Source of the DNA: a virus
Lineage: Duplodnaviria > Caudoviricetes
DNA length: 35,080 nt
IMG/VR virus record: IMGVR_UViG_3300020151_000934
Location: 1 to 35,080 of that record
Reading direction: 5' to 3' (one strand)
Part shown: positions 9,656 through 18,785 of the stretch, in pieces
Position numbering within the stretch: position 1 is the first letter of the stretch
How the letters are laid out: each line of letters opens with the position of its first letter
Notes under the pieces: model-generated
What the model saw: the letters and a program-made list of their open reading frames with translations, nothing else
Databases searched by the model: none
Told to the model about the DNA's origin: nothing
Program-made: the position numbers and the translations under genes

Positions 9656-10567
9656 ATGAGTACATTATTAAACAAGAGGGTAAAAATTTACCCAAACATT
9701 AAAAAGAATAAGCATTGGCAAGTAAATATTGACCCTGCTTATAGACAAGCTTCTGAAAGCTATGCATTTTTGGCTAATGCTAATACCATTAGACCTCAAT
9801 TTGATGAGAATGCTTACAGATACAATCTAGGTCCTATCAATGATAGATACACTGATGAACAAATAAATGAATTAGTAAGAAAACTTGCATTAAATGATGA
9901 GTATACTAATCAAAAAATAACTTCAGCAGATCCTTCTAATAGAAGAGACCCATTCTTTACACATACTAAGTGTAGAGCTAAATTAGGAAGAGATATTCAA
10001 ATTCTTGACCTAAACAAACCGACAGAAGAATTGATTTATGCAATCATGTCGGCAGATTCAATGACAGTGGTGGGAGAGACTTCTCTGTCTAAACATCCAG
10101 CCGCAGAGTGGATTATTGAAGATGAAATAGCAGATGCTACTGTGAGAGAGTCTAAGCGTGAAAAAACAAGTAAATTACACGAAAGATACAACAAACTCAC
10201 ACTATCTCAAAAGAGAGACATGAGTACCGCTTTAGGTATTAAATTGACAGGAGATGAGAAAGAAGTGATTATAGAAGACTTATTGTACTCTAAGATTACT
10301 GAAAACACCAATAAAGAAACCTTGGCAGCTATTCAAGATTTATTTATTGAGCTATCAGATTCTAAAAATAAAGCAAAATTGGAAGTTACTATCAATGTTG
10401 AGAAAATGTACCAATATGCAGTGTTGAGAAAGGAAAATATTAAAGTATTCTTTAACGGAGAGCAACTTCAAACAGATACTATAAATATTATTGATTTCTT
10501 ACAAAAACCAGAAAATTCATCATTATATTTAAGCCTAGAAGAGGCTTTAAAAGCTAAAATGAAATAA
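9656..10567 (+). CDS. Hypothetical protein following MCP
   Basis: 303-aa ORF with a TAATG overlap to the next gene. Function not recognised. Confidence 0.75.
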   Translation: MSTLLNKRVKIYPNIKKNKHWQVNIDPAYRQASESYAFLANANTIRPQFDENAYRYNLGPINDRYTDEQINELVRKLALNDEYTNQKITSADPSNRRDPFFTHTKCRAKLGRDIQILDLNKPTEELIYAIMSADSMTVVGETSLSKHPAAEWIIEDEIADATVRESKREKTSKLHERYNKLTLSQKRDMSTALGIKLTGDEKEVIIEDLLYSKITENTNKETLAAIQDLFIELSDSKNKAKLEVTINVEKMYQYAVLRKENIKVFFNGEQLQTDTINIIDFLQKPENSSLYLSLEEALKAKMK

Positions 10568-11271
10568 TGTTTTCAATAAAAGAAGCCCATTATAAATTTA
10601 AACAACATGCTAACAAGGTAGATGGGTTAAGAAACGCTAACTTTCTTATACCTCAGATAGATGAATATCTTTTTGAAGCATATATAATTTATATTGAAAA
10701 TATTTGCGAACAACTAGAAATAAACCAAAAAAGAAGAGATGACATAAGGGAGCTGGAAATAAAAAATTTTCCACTCCCAGTCACTAAGATTAACGAAGAC
10801 TATTACACTGCAGATTTACCCGCAGATTATTATAGATACTTAGAGTCTTATTCTGTATGCTTTACAGAGAAATGTCCAAAGAAAACTATTAAGAATTTTT
10901 TCATACAAAAGGATGATATTTATACAAATGATCCAATGTTTAATTCTTCTTATGTGTTTGAAAGAGTGAACATGGATATGTCAGGTAATAAGTTATACCT
11001 ATACTATGAAGGATTCGATATAGAGAAAATATTTCTTTCTTATATTAGAAAACCTTTAAGGCCAGGAAATCCGCAAGATTTTACTTATGGAAATGGTACA
11101 TATAACCTTCCTGATGGCACCCCTGCTGTTCAAAGAGATATAGAAATCAACTCCACTTTCCAAGCAAACAAGATTATAGATATTGCAGTATTAATAGCAA
11201 TGAGAGATGTGGGTAATACTATAGATTTTGAGTCACAATTAAATAAAATTTTAAACATATCAAAAATTTAA
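10567..11271 (+). CDS. Putative head-tail ring/adaptor protein
   Basis: HYKFKQHANKVD...NFLIPQIDEYL, LPADYYRYL and LSYIRKP resemble crAss-like ring proteins. Confidence 0.65.
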   Translation: MFSIKEAHYKFKQHANKVDGLRNANFLIPQIDEYLFEAYIIYIENICEQLEINQKRRDDIRELEIKNFPLPVTKINEDYYTADLPADYYRYLESYSVCFTEKCPKKTIKNFFIQKDDIYTNDPMFNSSYVFERVNMDMSGNKLYLYYEGFDIEKIFLSYIRKPLRPGNPQDFTYGNGTYNLPDGTPAVQRDIEINSTFQANKIIDIAVLIAMRDVGNTIDFESQLNKILNISKI

Positions 11272-11293
11272 TAAACCTTAAATAAATTTCAAA

Positions 11294-12469
11294 ATGAGAT
11301 CAAGAATTCAAAAACAAATGTTCCTTCCAACTGCCGCAGTAGCAGGTAGTGCGACAGGATACGGTATTGTTCCAACTGGTACAGCGTTTTATAATGCTAC
11401 CACTAAACAATACTTATTAAGACCAGGTCAAATCGGATTTTACAATGCCGCGACCAACACAGCAGTAGATGCTACTACTATCGTAGGAGTAAAATCTATT
11501 TTTATTGCAATTGGTGTAGATAAAACTGCATCTAAATTAACTTCAGACAATGTAAGATTGGCTTCAGGTGAAACTATTACATCTTGTTCAATTGATGATG
11601 CAAGTGTAGTAGCTCCACAAGCAGGTGAGTCTAACAAAGCTAAGTTTAACTTCTCTTGTACAGATTGTTCACAAAACTATTCTATTGGAATCAGAATTAA
11701 CGATCCTACATTGAACTTTTTCTACCCAGAAAACAGATACCATGTAGAATTGATTTCTGTTCAATCAGAAGAGTGTCCTTCTTGCGATGGAGATTGTAAC
11801 TATACTCACGATTGTGAAGAAGTTGCATTGAAATTGAAAGCAGAGATTGAAGCAAATGAACTATTGTCTAAATATGTAGACGAAGTAAGAACTTCTGCAG
11901 ATCCAGTTAGTCCAATAACTCCAGCAGCAGGTTTCTCTTGTGCAATCGAAGTTACTTTCAAAGTAAACACTGCAGAGTGTGTATGTTTCCCTCCATCAGA
12001 AGCTATCATTGATAGATATACTATCGGTTCTATTCAAGTAATCTTGAATTCAGCTTGGGCTCCAAATTCTACAAGTGTTTCTGTAGACAATACAGGAATG
12101 CAATTGCCAGAAGGTCATGGTGCTAAGTTGCAGTGGGAAGAATACCATGAAATGCCAGGTGGTACAGGTTTCGATGGTTTGAACAGTGAAGTTGAAACTA
12201 CAGGAGCTCCTTACTATGCTCAATTGAATGTATCAAGAACTAAAAACCTATTGGTAGATTGTAATCAAACATATTGCCAATATGTATTAGGATACCATAC
12301 AGTTTCTCCAAATGAGAATGCAAACAGCATGAACTGGAATCCAAACTTTATCACAACTATCTTAGTTCCAATTTCACATAGTACTACTCAAGCAGCGGTT
12401 GAGGCTGCGTTAAATGCTTTTGTAACTACAGGACCTTGTGGAAAAACAATTGACCTTCAGTGTGATTAA
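11294..12469 (+). CDS. Abundant structural protein (auxiliary capsid protein candidate), 14 Cys
   Basis: MCP-like codon bias, own terminator, beta-rich 391 aa, position in the head module. Confidence 0.6.
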   Translation: MRSRIQKQMFLPTAAVAGSATGYGIVPTGTAFYNATTKQYLLRPGQIGFYNAATNTAVDATTIVGVKSIFIAIGVDKTASKLTSDNVRLASGETITSCSIDDASVVAPQAGESNKAKFNFSCTDCSQNYSIGIRINDPTLNFFYPENRYHVELISVQSEECPSCDGDCNYTHDCEEVALKLKAEIEANELLSKYVDEVRTSADPVSPITPAAGFSCAIEVTFKVNTAECVCFPPSEAIIDRYTIGSIQVILNSAWAPNSTSVSVDNTGMQLPEGHGAKLQWEEYHEMPGGTGFDGLNSEVETTGAPYYAQLNVSRTKNLLVDCNQTYCQYVLGYHTVSPNENANSMNWNPNFITTILVPISHSTTQAAVEAALNAFVTTGPCGKTIDLQCD

Positions 12470-12525
12470 TTATAAAATTAATATTATTAAGTAAAATTAA
12501 TTAATATATTGTTTTGTGTGTGGAG

Positions 12526-12563
12526 TAGGTGGTAGAGGAAACTTTACCGCCTATTTTTTTTTT
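12526..12563 (+). terminator. Intrinsic terminator with GAAA loop
   Basis: TAGGTGGTAGAG-GAAA-CTTTACCGCCTA followed by a T-tract. Confidence 0.88.
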
Positions 12564-12580
12564 ATATACATAACATAAAT

Positions 12581-12611
12581 TTTATAATATAAAAATTAAT
12601 ACTTACTTTTG
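12581..12611 (+). promoter_or_regulatory. Putative promoter TTA-N19-TACTTTTG for the fibre gene block
   Basis: Same 31-bp geometry as 4049 and 6666, directly after a terminator. Confidence 0.6.
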
Positions 12612-12632
12612 TTAAATAAAATATAAATATAC

Positions 12633-13478
12633 ATGAAAAGAATTAATATTATTTCAGAGACAATTTATAAAGGCCAGCATAAACTTGTTAATCAAGGTGC
12701 CTTTGTTAATATGTCAGACTTAATGGGAGATATATTCTCTTGTTTTGGAATCACTTGTTGCAATGGGCTTCTTGCCAGCAAATCAGATTTCTTTTTAAGA
12801 AAATCAGCTTTAATTTATAGCAGAAAAAAACCAGGTGCCAATTGGCAATCCTTAAATAAAATGGTTTTAGATGTTTATAACTGTTTTGTAGGTACAATAC
12901 TATGTCCAGGATCAAGAAGTGCACAATGGTGGATAACTACAGATGTTATTAGACCCGCAAAAACTGTTGAAACTATCAACTTCACCCCAATTATAGAAAA
13001 AGTATTAGATTGTTGTGGCATTATTAACACATGTATTCCAATAAACTTTAGAGCTTATCAGGAAGATTGGGTAGCAGCAGGAATATCTAATGAAGCTGAT
13101 TTCTTAGCATTACTAGTTGCTATGGGTAATGGAACCCCAGTTGTAAGTAATTTTTCATTATCATCATCCATTCCATCTGCAGTAACACTAAACAATTTTA
13201 TTGCAGCATCTATTTCAGGAGCAGAAATACTAGACTTTACATTCTTAACGCCTTCTTCTGAGTTAAATTTAATAACTACTCTACCTATAGAAACTTCTTA
13301 TATAGATGTTTCTGGGCAAGCGTTTAATACAGATAGTTTAGATATTTTAGGAGGATTATTCTTACAAGGTACTTTACCTAAGAGTTATTGGGATAGTTCA
13401 AGCCAATTATCTTCTGACCAACCTAGTGCGGGTGTTCAGGCAGATTTAACTGCAGATGTAAACACTGTTACTTTTTAA
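12633..13478 (+). CDS. Cys-rich putative virion fibre/decoration protein, paralog of the next gene
   Basis: N-terminal ~130 aa aligns with 13491..14084 (IISE.I.KGQ, DIF.C, QWWI, IRP.KT.ET.NF, CCG). Confidence 0.65.
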   Translation: MKRINIISETIYKGQHKLVNQGAFVNMSDLMGDIFSCFGITCCNGLLASKSDFFLRKSALIYSRKKPGANWQSLNKMVLDVYNCFVGTILCPGSRSAQWWITTDVIRPAKTVETINFTPIIEKVLDCCGIINTCIPINFRAYQEDWVAAGISNEADFLALLVAMGNGTPVVSNFSLSSSIPSAVTLNNFIAASISGAEILDFTFLTPSSELNLITTLPIETSYIDVSGQAFNTDSLDILGGLFLQGTLPKSYWDSSSQLSSDQPSAGVQADLTADVNTVTF

Positions 13479-13490
13479 TAAATAGACTGC

Positions 13491-14084
13491 ATGTACATAA
13501 TATCAGAAGCAATTTTTAAGGGACAAGGTAAGGCTGCTAAATTAGCAGGCTATACCAGTTTCAGCAATATATTATGTGATATATTTAATTGCTATAGTCT
13601 AACTTGTGATGCTACTTCAAATACCTATTTAAAGAAAGCATATATCATTAAATCTAATAAAAGGCCTAAGAATAAGTTTATTTCTCTTACAAAGCTTATA
13701 TTAGATATATATAACTGTAAAGCAGGTACTACACTTTGTGTAGATTCAACTGATTTTCAATGGTGGATAGATGGAGGTCAAATTAGACCAAAAGCTACTA
13801 TTGAAACTTTGAACTTTGACAAGATAGTAACTAATTTGCTAATCTGTTGTGGATTAGTATCTTGCGGTGGATGTAGTTTAGCAAATGCTACAGTAGATCT
13901 ATTAGACTTAGCAGGTAATCATATTGCATATATATTCCCTAATAATACTATTTGCCCCCAAGCAACGGTGCCTCTAAATGATTTAGCAGGAAACTTACTA
14001 GGATATATTCTTCCAACTAATACAGATGGAACTACAGAGGAAATAAAAGATTTAGCAGGAAATACCCTAGGATGGGCATATTAA
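13491..14084 (+). CDS. Cys-rich putative virion protein with three C-terminal DLAGN repeats
   Basis: Paralogous N-terminus; repeats DLAGNHIAY, DLAGNLLGY, DLAGNTLGW. Confidence 0.65.
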   Translation: MYIISEAIFKGQGKAAKLAGYTSFSNILCDIFNCYSLTCDATSNTYLKKAYIIKSNKRPKNKFISLTKLILDIYNCKAGTTLCVDSTDFQWWIDGGQIRPKATIETLNFDKIVTNLLICCGLVSCGGCSLANATVDLLDLAGNHIAYIFPNNTICPQATVPLNDLAGNLLGYILPTNTDGTTEEIKDLAGNTLGWAY

Positions 14085-14106
14085 TAATAATAAAATAAAA
14101 ATATAA

Positions 14107-15528
14107 ATGGCAACAGTAATAACAAACACAGATATAGGAGCTTTTTTGGGATTTTCAGGTAGTCCTTTAAAATTAGTCGCTCAAGAACAACTAAGAGGAC
14201 AAAATTATATAGTTGTTTATGGAAACAATAATTCTATACAACAAAATGGATTTGAATTATGGGATAAATATAATTTTGCAAAAACTGTTACTCCTTATGG
14301 GCAACCATTATCTTCTACCAATAGATTTACAGTTTTTGTAGCCCCTGGGGTATATTCCTTATATTCAATAATGTTTCCTGAATTAACTTTAGATACTCCT
14401 TATATTGATATAATTTCATTGTCAGGAGAAGCAGATGTATTTATTACTTCTACTTTAAGTAGTGTGCCTTTAATAGTAGCAACTTCTGATATTAGATTAA
14501 GAGGATTTGATTTAGGAAGTCAAGCTATACATATTAATGATTCTTATAATAATAATTATTTTGAAAATATAATTGGAGGAAATTTTAACTTTTCTCATCC
14601 TTCTAGTAATGGGGATATTGCAGGTAATTTTAAAAATTGTGTAGGAGGGTTATATTCTTTTGGGGATGCAGATAGTAGCCAAACTGTAATATATTCTACA
14701 TTTGAAAGCTGTATTGCAGAAAACTGGTCATTTGGTTATACATTAACTGATTCTAATTTAAAAAATTGCACTGCAACATCTAATAGTTTTGGTTATAGTG
14801 AAATAACAGGGTCTACTTTAATTGACTGTAAAGCTACAGATTTTTCTTTTGCTAACGATAAAGGAATTGATGATTCAACACTAACAAATTGTATTGGAGG
14901 AGATCGTTGTTTTGGTTCCGCTCTTAGTGGAACTACTTATGTAACAAATAGTACACTTATTGATTGTACTGCTTCAGAATCTTCTTTCAGTAATTATATT
15001 GAAAATTGTGTGTTTAGAAATTGTAAAGCAAGGGGGCAGTCATTCGGAACTACTTCTAATTTAACTATAATTTCTGAAATTATTAATACTACTTTTACTG
15101 ATTGTACCGCATCAGCTTATTCATTTGGAGTTCGTAATGGTGCTGATGTTACATTTACAAACTGTACAGCACTTGAAGAGTCTTTTGGAGCTGACCAAGC
15201 AAATGCTATATATAAAAACTGTACAGCAGGTGCAAGTTCATTTGGAGCAGGTACACAAGGATGGCCTACTTTAATTGCAGGAGGACAATTTTATAATTGT
15301 GTTGCTGGTGCAAACTCTTTTGGTACTAATTTTGCTAATGGAGTGTTTCATTATTGTTTATGTAATGGTGGTGGAGGATTTCAAGGAGGAACACAAAGTG
15401 GAATGGGAGGAAATGCTTATTACACTACAGGTATTTCTTCTGCTATTGTAGGTACAGCAATCTATTGTTCTGATGGGTCTCTTAATCCTGTAAACGTTGG
15501 TTTAACTTCAACAACAAATAATATATAA
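14107..15528 (+). CDS. Parallel beta-helix repeat protein (spike/fibre candidate)
   Basis: VFVAPGVY beta-helix cap motif, then 11 copies of (N/D/S)Cx(A/G)xxx(S/C)F(G/A/S). Confidence 0.7.
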   Translation: MATVITNTDIGAFLGFSGSPLKLVAQEQLRGQNYIVVYGNNNSIQQNGFELWDKYNFAKTVTPYGQPLSSTNRFTVFVAPGVYSLYSIMFPELTLDTPYIDIISLSGEADVFITSTLSSVPLIVATSDIRLRGFDLGSQAIHINDSYNNNYFENIIGGNFNFSHPSSNGDIAGNFKNCVGGLYSFGDADSSQTVIYSTFESCIAENWSFGYTLTDSNLKNCTATSNSFGYSEITGSTLIDCKATDFSFANDKGIDDSTLTNCIGGDRCFGSALSGTTYVTNSTLIDCTASESSFSNYIENCVFRNCKARGQSFGTTSNLTIISEIINTTFTDCTASAYSFGVRNGADVTFTNCTALEESFGADQANAIYKNCTAGASSFGAGTQGWPTLIAGGQFYNCVAGANSFGTNFANGVFHYCLCNGGGGFQGGTQSGMGGNAYYTTGISSAIVGTAIYCSDGSLNPVNVGLTSTTNNI

Positions 15529-15532
15529 GAAT

Positions 15533-15814
15533 ATGAAATATTTAAAATTAAAAAATAATAATTGGGTAGAAATTACTGCCAATAAAGTTGATACTAAGAA
15601 TGAGGAAACTAAATTAGTTACAACTACTATTGAAAATGTAGAGGGTACTGCTCCAAAAGCAGATGCTAAAAAAGCTCAAGATAAATTAAATACACTATCG
15701 GTTAAAGATAACAAAAACTTTGAATTACTTTCTGCAGTTTATATTGGAGGAGATATTGATAAGTTAAGTGTAGAATATAATTTATCTGGAGAATATAGTC
15801 AAACTTTTATTTAG
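15533..15814 (+). CDS. Hypothetical protein (93 aa)
   Basis: ORF tightly following the beta-helix gene; possibly its partner or chaperone. Confidence 0.65.
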   Translation: MKYLKLKNNNWVEITANKVDTKNEETKLVTTTIENVEGTAPKADAKKAQDKLNTLSVKDNKNFELLSAVYIGGDIDKLSVEYNLSGEYSQTFI

Positions 15815-15865
15815 TAAACTCAAAATTAATTCTCATATTTGCAACATATCTTTTAAAAATAATTT

Positions 15866-16534
15866 ATGCCAGACTTTGCAAATGAAAGAGAAAAAAATAT
15901 AAGATTCCAAATTACTTTAAATGAGGAACAAAAACAAGCAAAAGCGATTATACTTGAAAATAGTATAACTTATATCGCAGGTAAAGCAGGATCAGGTAAA
16001 ACCTTAGTATCTTGTCAAGTAGCTTTAGATTTGTTTTTTAAAAAGCAAGTAAAGAATATTATAATAACAAGACCCGCTGTAGAAGCAGGAGAAAAACTAG
16101 GCTTTTTGCCAGGAGGATTGGAAGATAAATTAGATCCTTATGTACAGGCCATCTATCAGAATTTTTATTCTTTATACAAGAAAGAAAAGATAGATAGCAT
16201 GATAAAAGAAGGTTCTATACAAATAAAACCTTTTGCTTACATGAGAGGAAGTACATTTTGTGAAGCTGTAATTATAGTGGATGAAGTGCAAAATACTACT
16301 GAGAGTCAGGTAAAAATGGTGATGGAAAGATTGGGTAAGGGAAGTAAAATGATGCTATGTGGAGATATAAACCAAATAGATTTAGGTAGAGGAATTACTT
16401 CTGGAATAAAATTTTTAGACTTTTTACAAGAAAACGAATTAAAAAACTTTAGTAAAATTGTCCTAAAAAATAACCATAGAGATCCAATTGTAGAGGAGAT
16501 ATTAAACTTATACGAAAGTTTCAAAAATAAATAA
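15866..16534 (+). CDS. phoH: PhoH-family ATPase
   Basis: GKAGSGKT Walker A, ITRPAVE, LGFLPG, YMRGSTF, IVDEVQN, GDINQID, HRDPIV. Confidence 0.95.
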   Translation: MPDFANEREKNIRFQITLNEEQKQAKAIILENSITYIAGKAGSGKTLVSCQVALDLFFKKQVKNIIITRPAVEAGEKLGFLPGGLEDKLDPYVQAIYQNFYSLYKKEKIDSMIKEGSIQIKPFAYMRGSTFCEAVIIVDEVQNTTESQVKMVMERLGKGSKMMLCGDINQIDLGRGITSGIKFLDFLQENELKNFSKIVLKNNHRDPIVEEILNLYESFKNK

Positions 16535-16535
16535 A

Positions 16536-17102
16536 ATGAATTTAAATTTAGAATTTAGTCAGCATAGTTGCAAGTATATTTATGTAAATAATACTTCTGA
16601 GTATGATTTAACATTAGGAAACATTGTTTCTACCTATGTTAATGTATTGACTCCTGGACAAACTATAACTAAAAAACTATTAATTCCTTTTGAAGGACAG
16701 CTTACTTTAAATGCTAAAAATTTAGGACAACAAACTAATCTTAGCAAATACTTGCAAGATATTTTAGAAGGATACTATACATTAGAATTAGTAGTTGAAC
16801 AACAACTTGATGTTAATAGTCCAATAGTAACAAACAAAGAAACTTTTTGCTATTTTAATACATGTCAATTAGATTGTACCATTGATAAGAGAACTTTGGA
16901 ACTTTTACAAAACAAATGTTGCAATGAAAATGATTGCACAGGTAAATTAAGACAAGAGACAAAGGATATTGAAACTTTAAAGTTATATAGAGAAGGATTA
17001 AAATCTTCTGCCAGCCTTTGTAAAAAAGAAACTGCTACTGAAATATATGAATGCCTTCAATACAAATTAGAGGTGCTAAATATTGATTGTGGCTGTAAAT
17101 AA
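16536..17102 (+). CDS. Putative tail hub/structural protein with Cys-rich C-terminus
   Basis: Ig-like beta N-terminus (EGYYTLELVV) and helical Cys-rich C-terminus ending DCGCK. Position before the fibre genes. Confidence 0.55.
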   Translation: MNLNLEFSQHSCKYIYVNNTSEYDLTLGNIVSTYVNVLTPGQTITKKLLIPFEGQLTLNAKNLGQQTNLSKYLQDILEGYYTLELVVEQQLDVNSPIVTNKETFCYFNTCQLDCTIDKRTLELLQNKCCNENDCTGKLRQETKDIETLKLYREGLKSSASLCKKETATEIYECLQYKLEVLNIDCGCK

Positions 17103-17110
17103 ATAAAAAG

Positions 17111-17719
17111 ATGACATTAAGTACTTATAAAGATTTATTGTGTGATTTAGATGCTCAAATTTCAAAATTAGTGCAATCTTTTTGTAGATCTGAAACTTAT
17201 GGATATAAAACCTGTAAAGATAAGTTACAAAAATTAATCCACACAAAGCAATTATTAGGAAATAACTTTAACTTACCAGAAATGAGTAAGTTATTTTTTA
17301 GTTGTACTAGTAATGAAGATGGGTCTGTTAAAACTATTAAAAGATTTAATAAGATTGTTGGTAATAAAGTTGAGTTGATAGTAAAAACAATTACTAAGAC
17401 TATTGATACTTCAAGAGAATTTAGATTTGAATTGCCTGCAATACCTAATACAGATGGATTTTATATTTATTCTTTATGGATAAATTGTCAAATAAATACT
17501 GTAGCAGATGTAACAAAAGTATTAGAAATACTAGAAAAAGCAAATTATTTAGGATTTTTTAATTTTCAATATGATGCTATTAATAATGAAATTTTTTCTA
17601 ATGAATCTTATTTGTACACTGAAACATTTGCTTATGAATATGTACACTTTGATGTAATAAATACTCTTCAGTGTTTAAATACAAAAACAATAACTCATCT
17701 AATAGAAAGAATTAACTAG
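17111..17719 (+). CDS. Hypothetical protein, probably tail-associated
   Basis: 202-aa ORF within the structural operon. Confidence 0.65.
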   Translation: MTLSTYKDLLCDLDAQISKLVQSFCRSETYGYKTCKDKLQKLIHTKQLLGNNFNLPEMSKLFFSCTSNEDGSVKTIKRFNKIVGNKVELIVKTITKTIDTSREFRFELPAIPNTDGFYIYSLWINCQINTVADVTKVLEILEKANYLGFFNFQYDAINNEIFSNESYLYTETFAYEYVHFDVINTLQCLNTKTITHLIERIN

Positions 17720-17732
17720 AAATTAAAACAAT

Positions 17733-18758
17733 ATGTGTGTAGATTGTAACCCTTTAGAAACCAATACTGGATTAGTCCAGTACTCTGGGCCTGATTTAGT
17801 TATATGTAATGGAGTATCTATTACTAATGGAGAATTGCTTACATCTGTAATTGCTAAGTTTGATAATTGCATTGGAATACTCCAAAGTCAATTAGATATG
17901 TCAAGTTTAGTAGAAAACAGTCCTTGTATTAATTTAACCAAAACTTCTTTATTAACAGTATTACAAAGTATATTAGATACTGAGTCTGCTTATTGTACTC
18001 AATTACAAACATTGAATACTCAAATAACTAATTTACAGCTTCAAATAGATAATTTAAATTTAACTAAACCTGTCACTGTAACTGCATGTGATCCAACTAG
18101 AGTTACTTTAACTGAGACTCCTAGTTCAAAAACTTTTAAAGTAAATGGGTTAGTTCCACCAAAAACTATACTTCCTTATTTTGGATTACCAACAGATTTT
18201 AGTCCTAATGGATTAGGAATAGCAGGTACAGCAACAGCAGGGTGGGCTATAGCTAATGGTTTAAATGGAACCATAAATGCTTTGAATCAATTTATAAGAT
18301 ATGGGGCTTCAGCAATTACTACTCCTACAGGAAATAATTCAGTTACTTTAGGTGTACCAAATATCCCACCTCTAACCTTTAATGTAAATGCTAATTTTAA
18401 TTTATCAGGGACTACTGATGAAGGAGGAAAACACAACCATAACTTGGGGATAAGTAACGATGTAGGTGACCAATATTATCCAGCAGTAGCTTCTTTTGAT
18501 GGGAAGGATTGTGGAGGAGAAACTAGAATAGTGGGCCCTAATACAATAGACCCTACTGATTCTAGTACATTATGTAATATAACTACTCCTGTTAATAACT
18601 TTAGTCCTGTTCTTTTAGGAGGTTCACACTCGCATACTTTTAATGCAACTGCAACAGGATCTTTTACAGGTAATACTACAAATGATAATGTTCAAAGTAT
18701 CAGTGTTGTACCCCAACATATACAAGCTATTCCTATACAATGGGTAGGTTGTTCATAA
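17733..18758 (+). CDS. Tail fibre protein with collar-like domain
   Basis: Coiled coil, then VPPKTILPY...GWAIANGLNGT...FIRYG (tail-collar-like), HNH and HSH motifs, and a C-terminal ISVVPQHI motif. Confidence 0.75.
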   Translation: MCVDCNPLETNTGLVQYSGPDLVICNGVSITNGELLTSVIAKFDNCIGILQSQLDMSSLVENSPCINLTKTSLLTVLQSILDTESAYCTQLQTLNTQITNLQLQIDNLNLTKPVTVTACDPTRVTLTETPSSKTFKVNGLVPPKTILPYFGLPTDFSPNGLGIAGTATAGWAIANGLNGTINALNQFIRYGASAITTPTGNNSVTLGVPNIPPLTFNVNANFNLSGTTDEGGKHNHNLGISNDVGDQYYPAVASFDGKDCGGETRIVGPNTIDPTDSSTLCNITTPVNNFSPVLLGGSHSHTFNATATGSFTGNTTNDNVQSISVVPQHIQAIPIQWVGCS

Positions 18759-18785
18759 TAAATAATAATAAAAAATAATAATAAT

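Noticed and set aside
18756-18785. (TAA)n microsatellite between fibre genes
   Set aside because: Consistent with an ordinary A/T-rich Bacteroidota leader.
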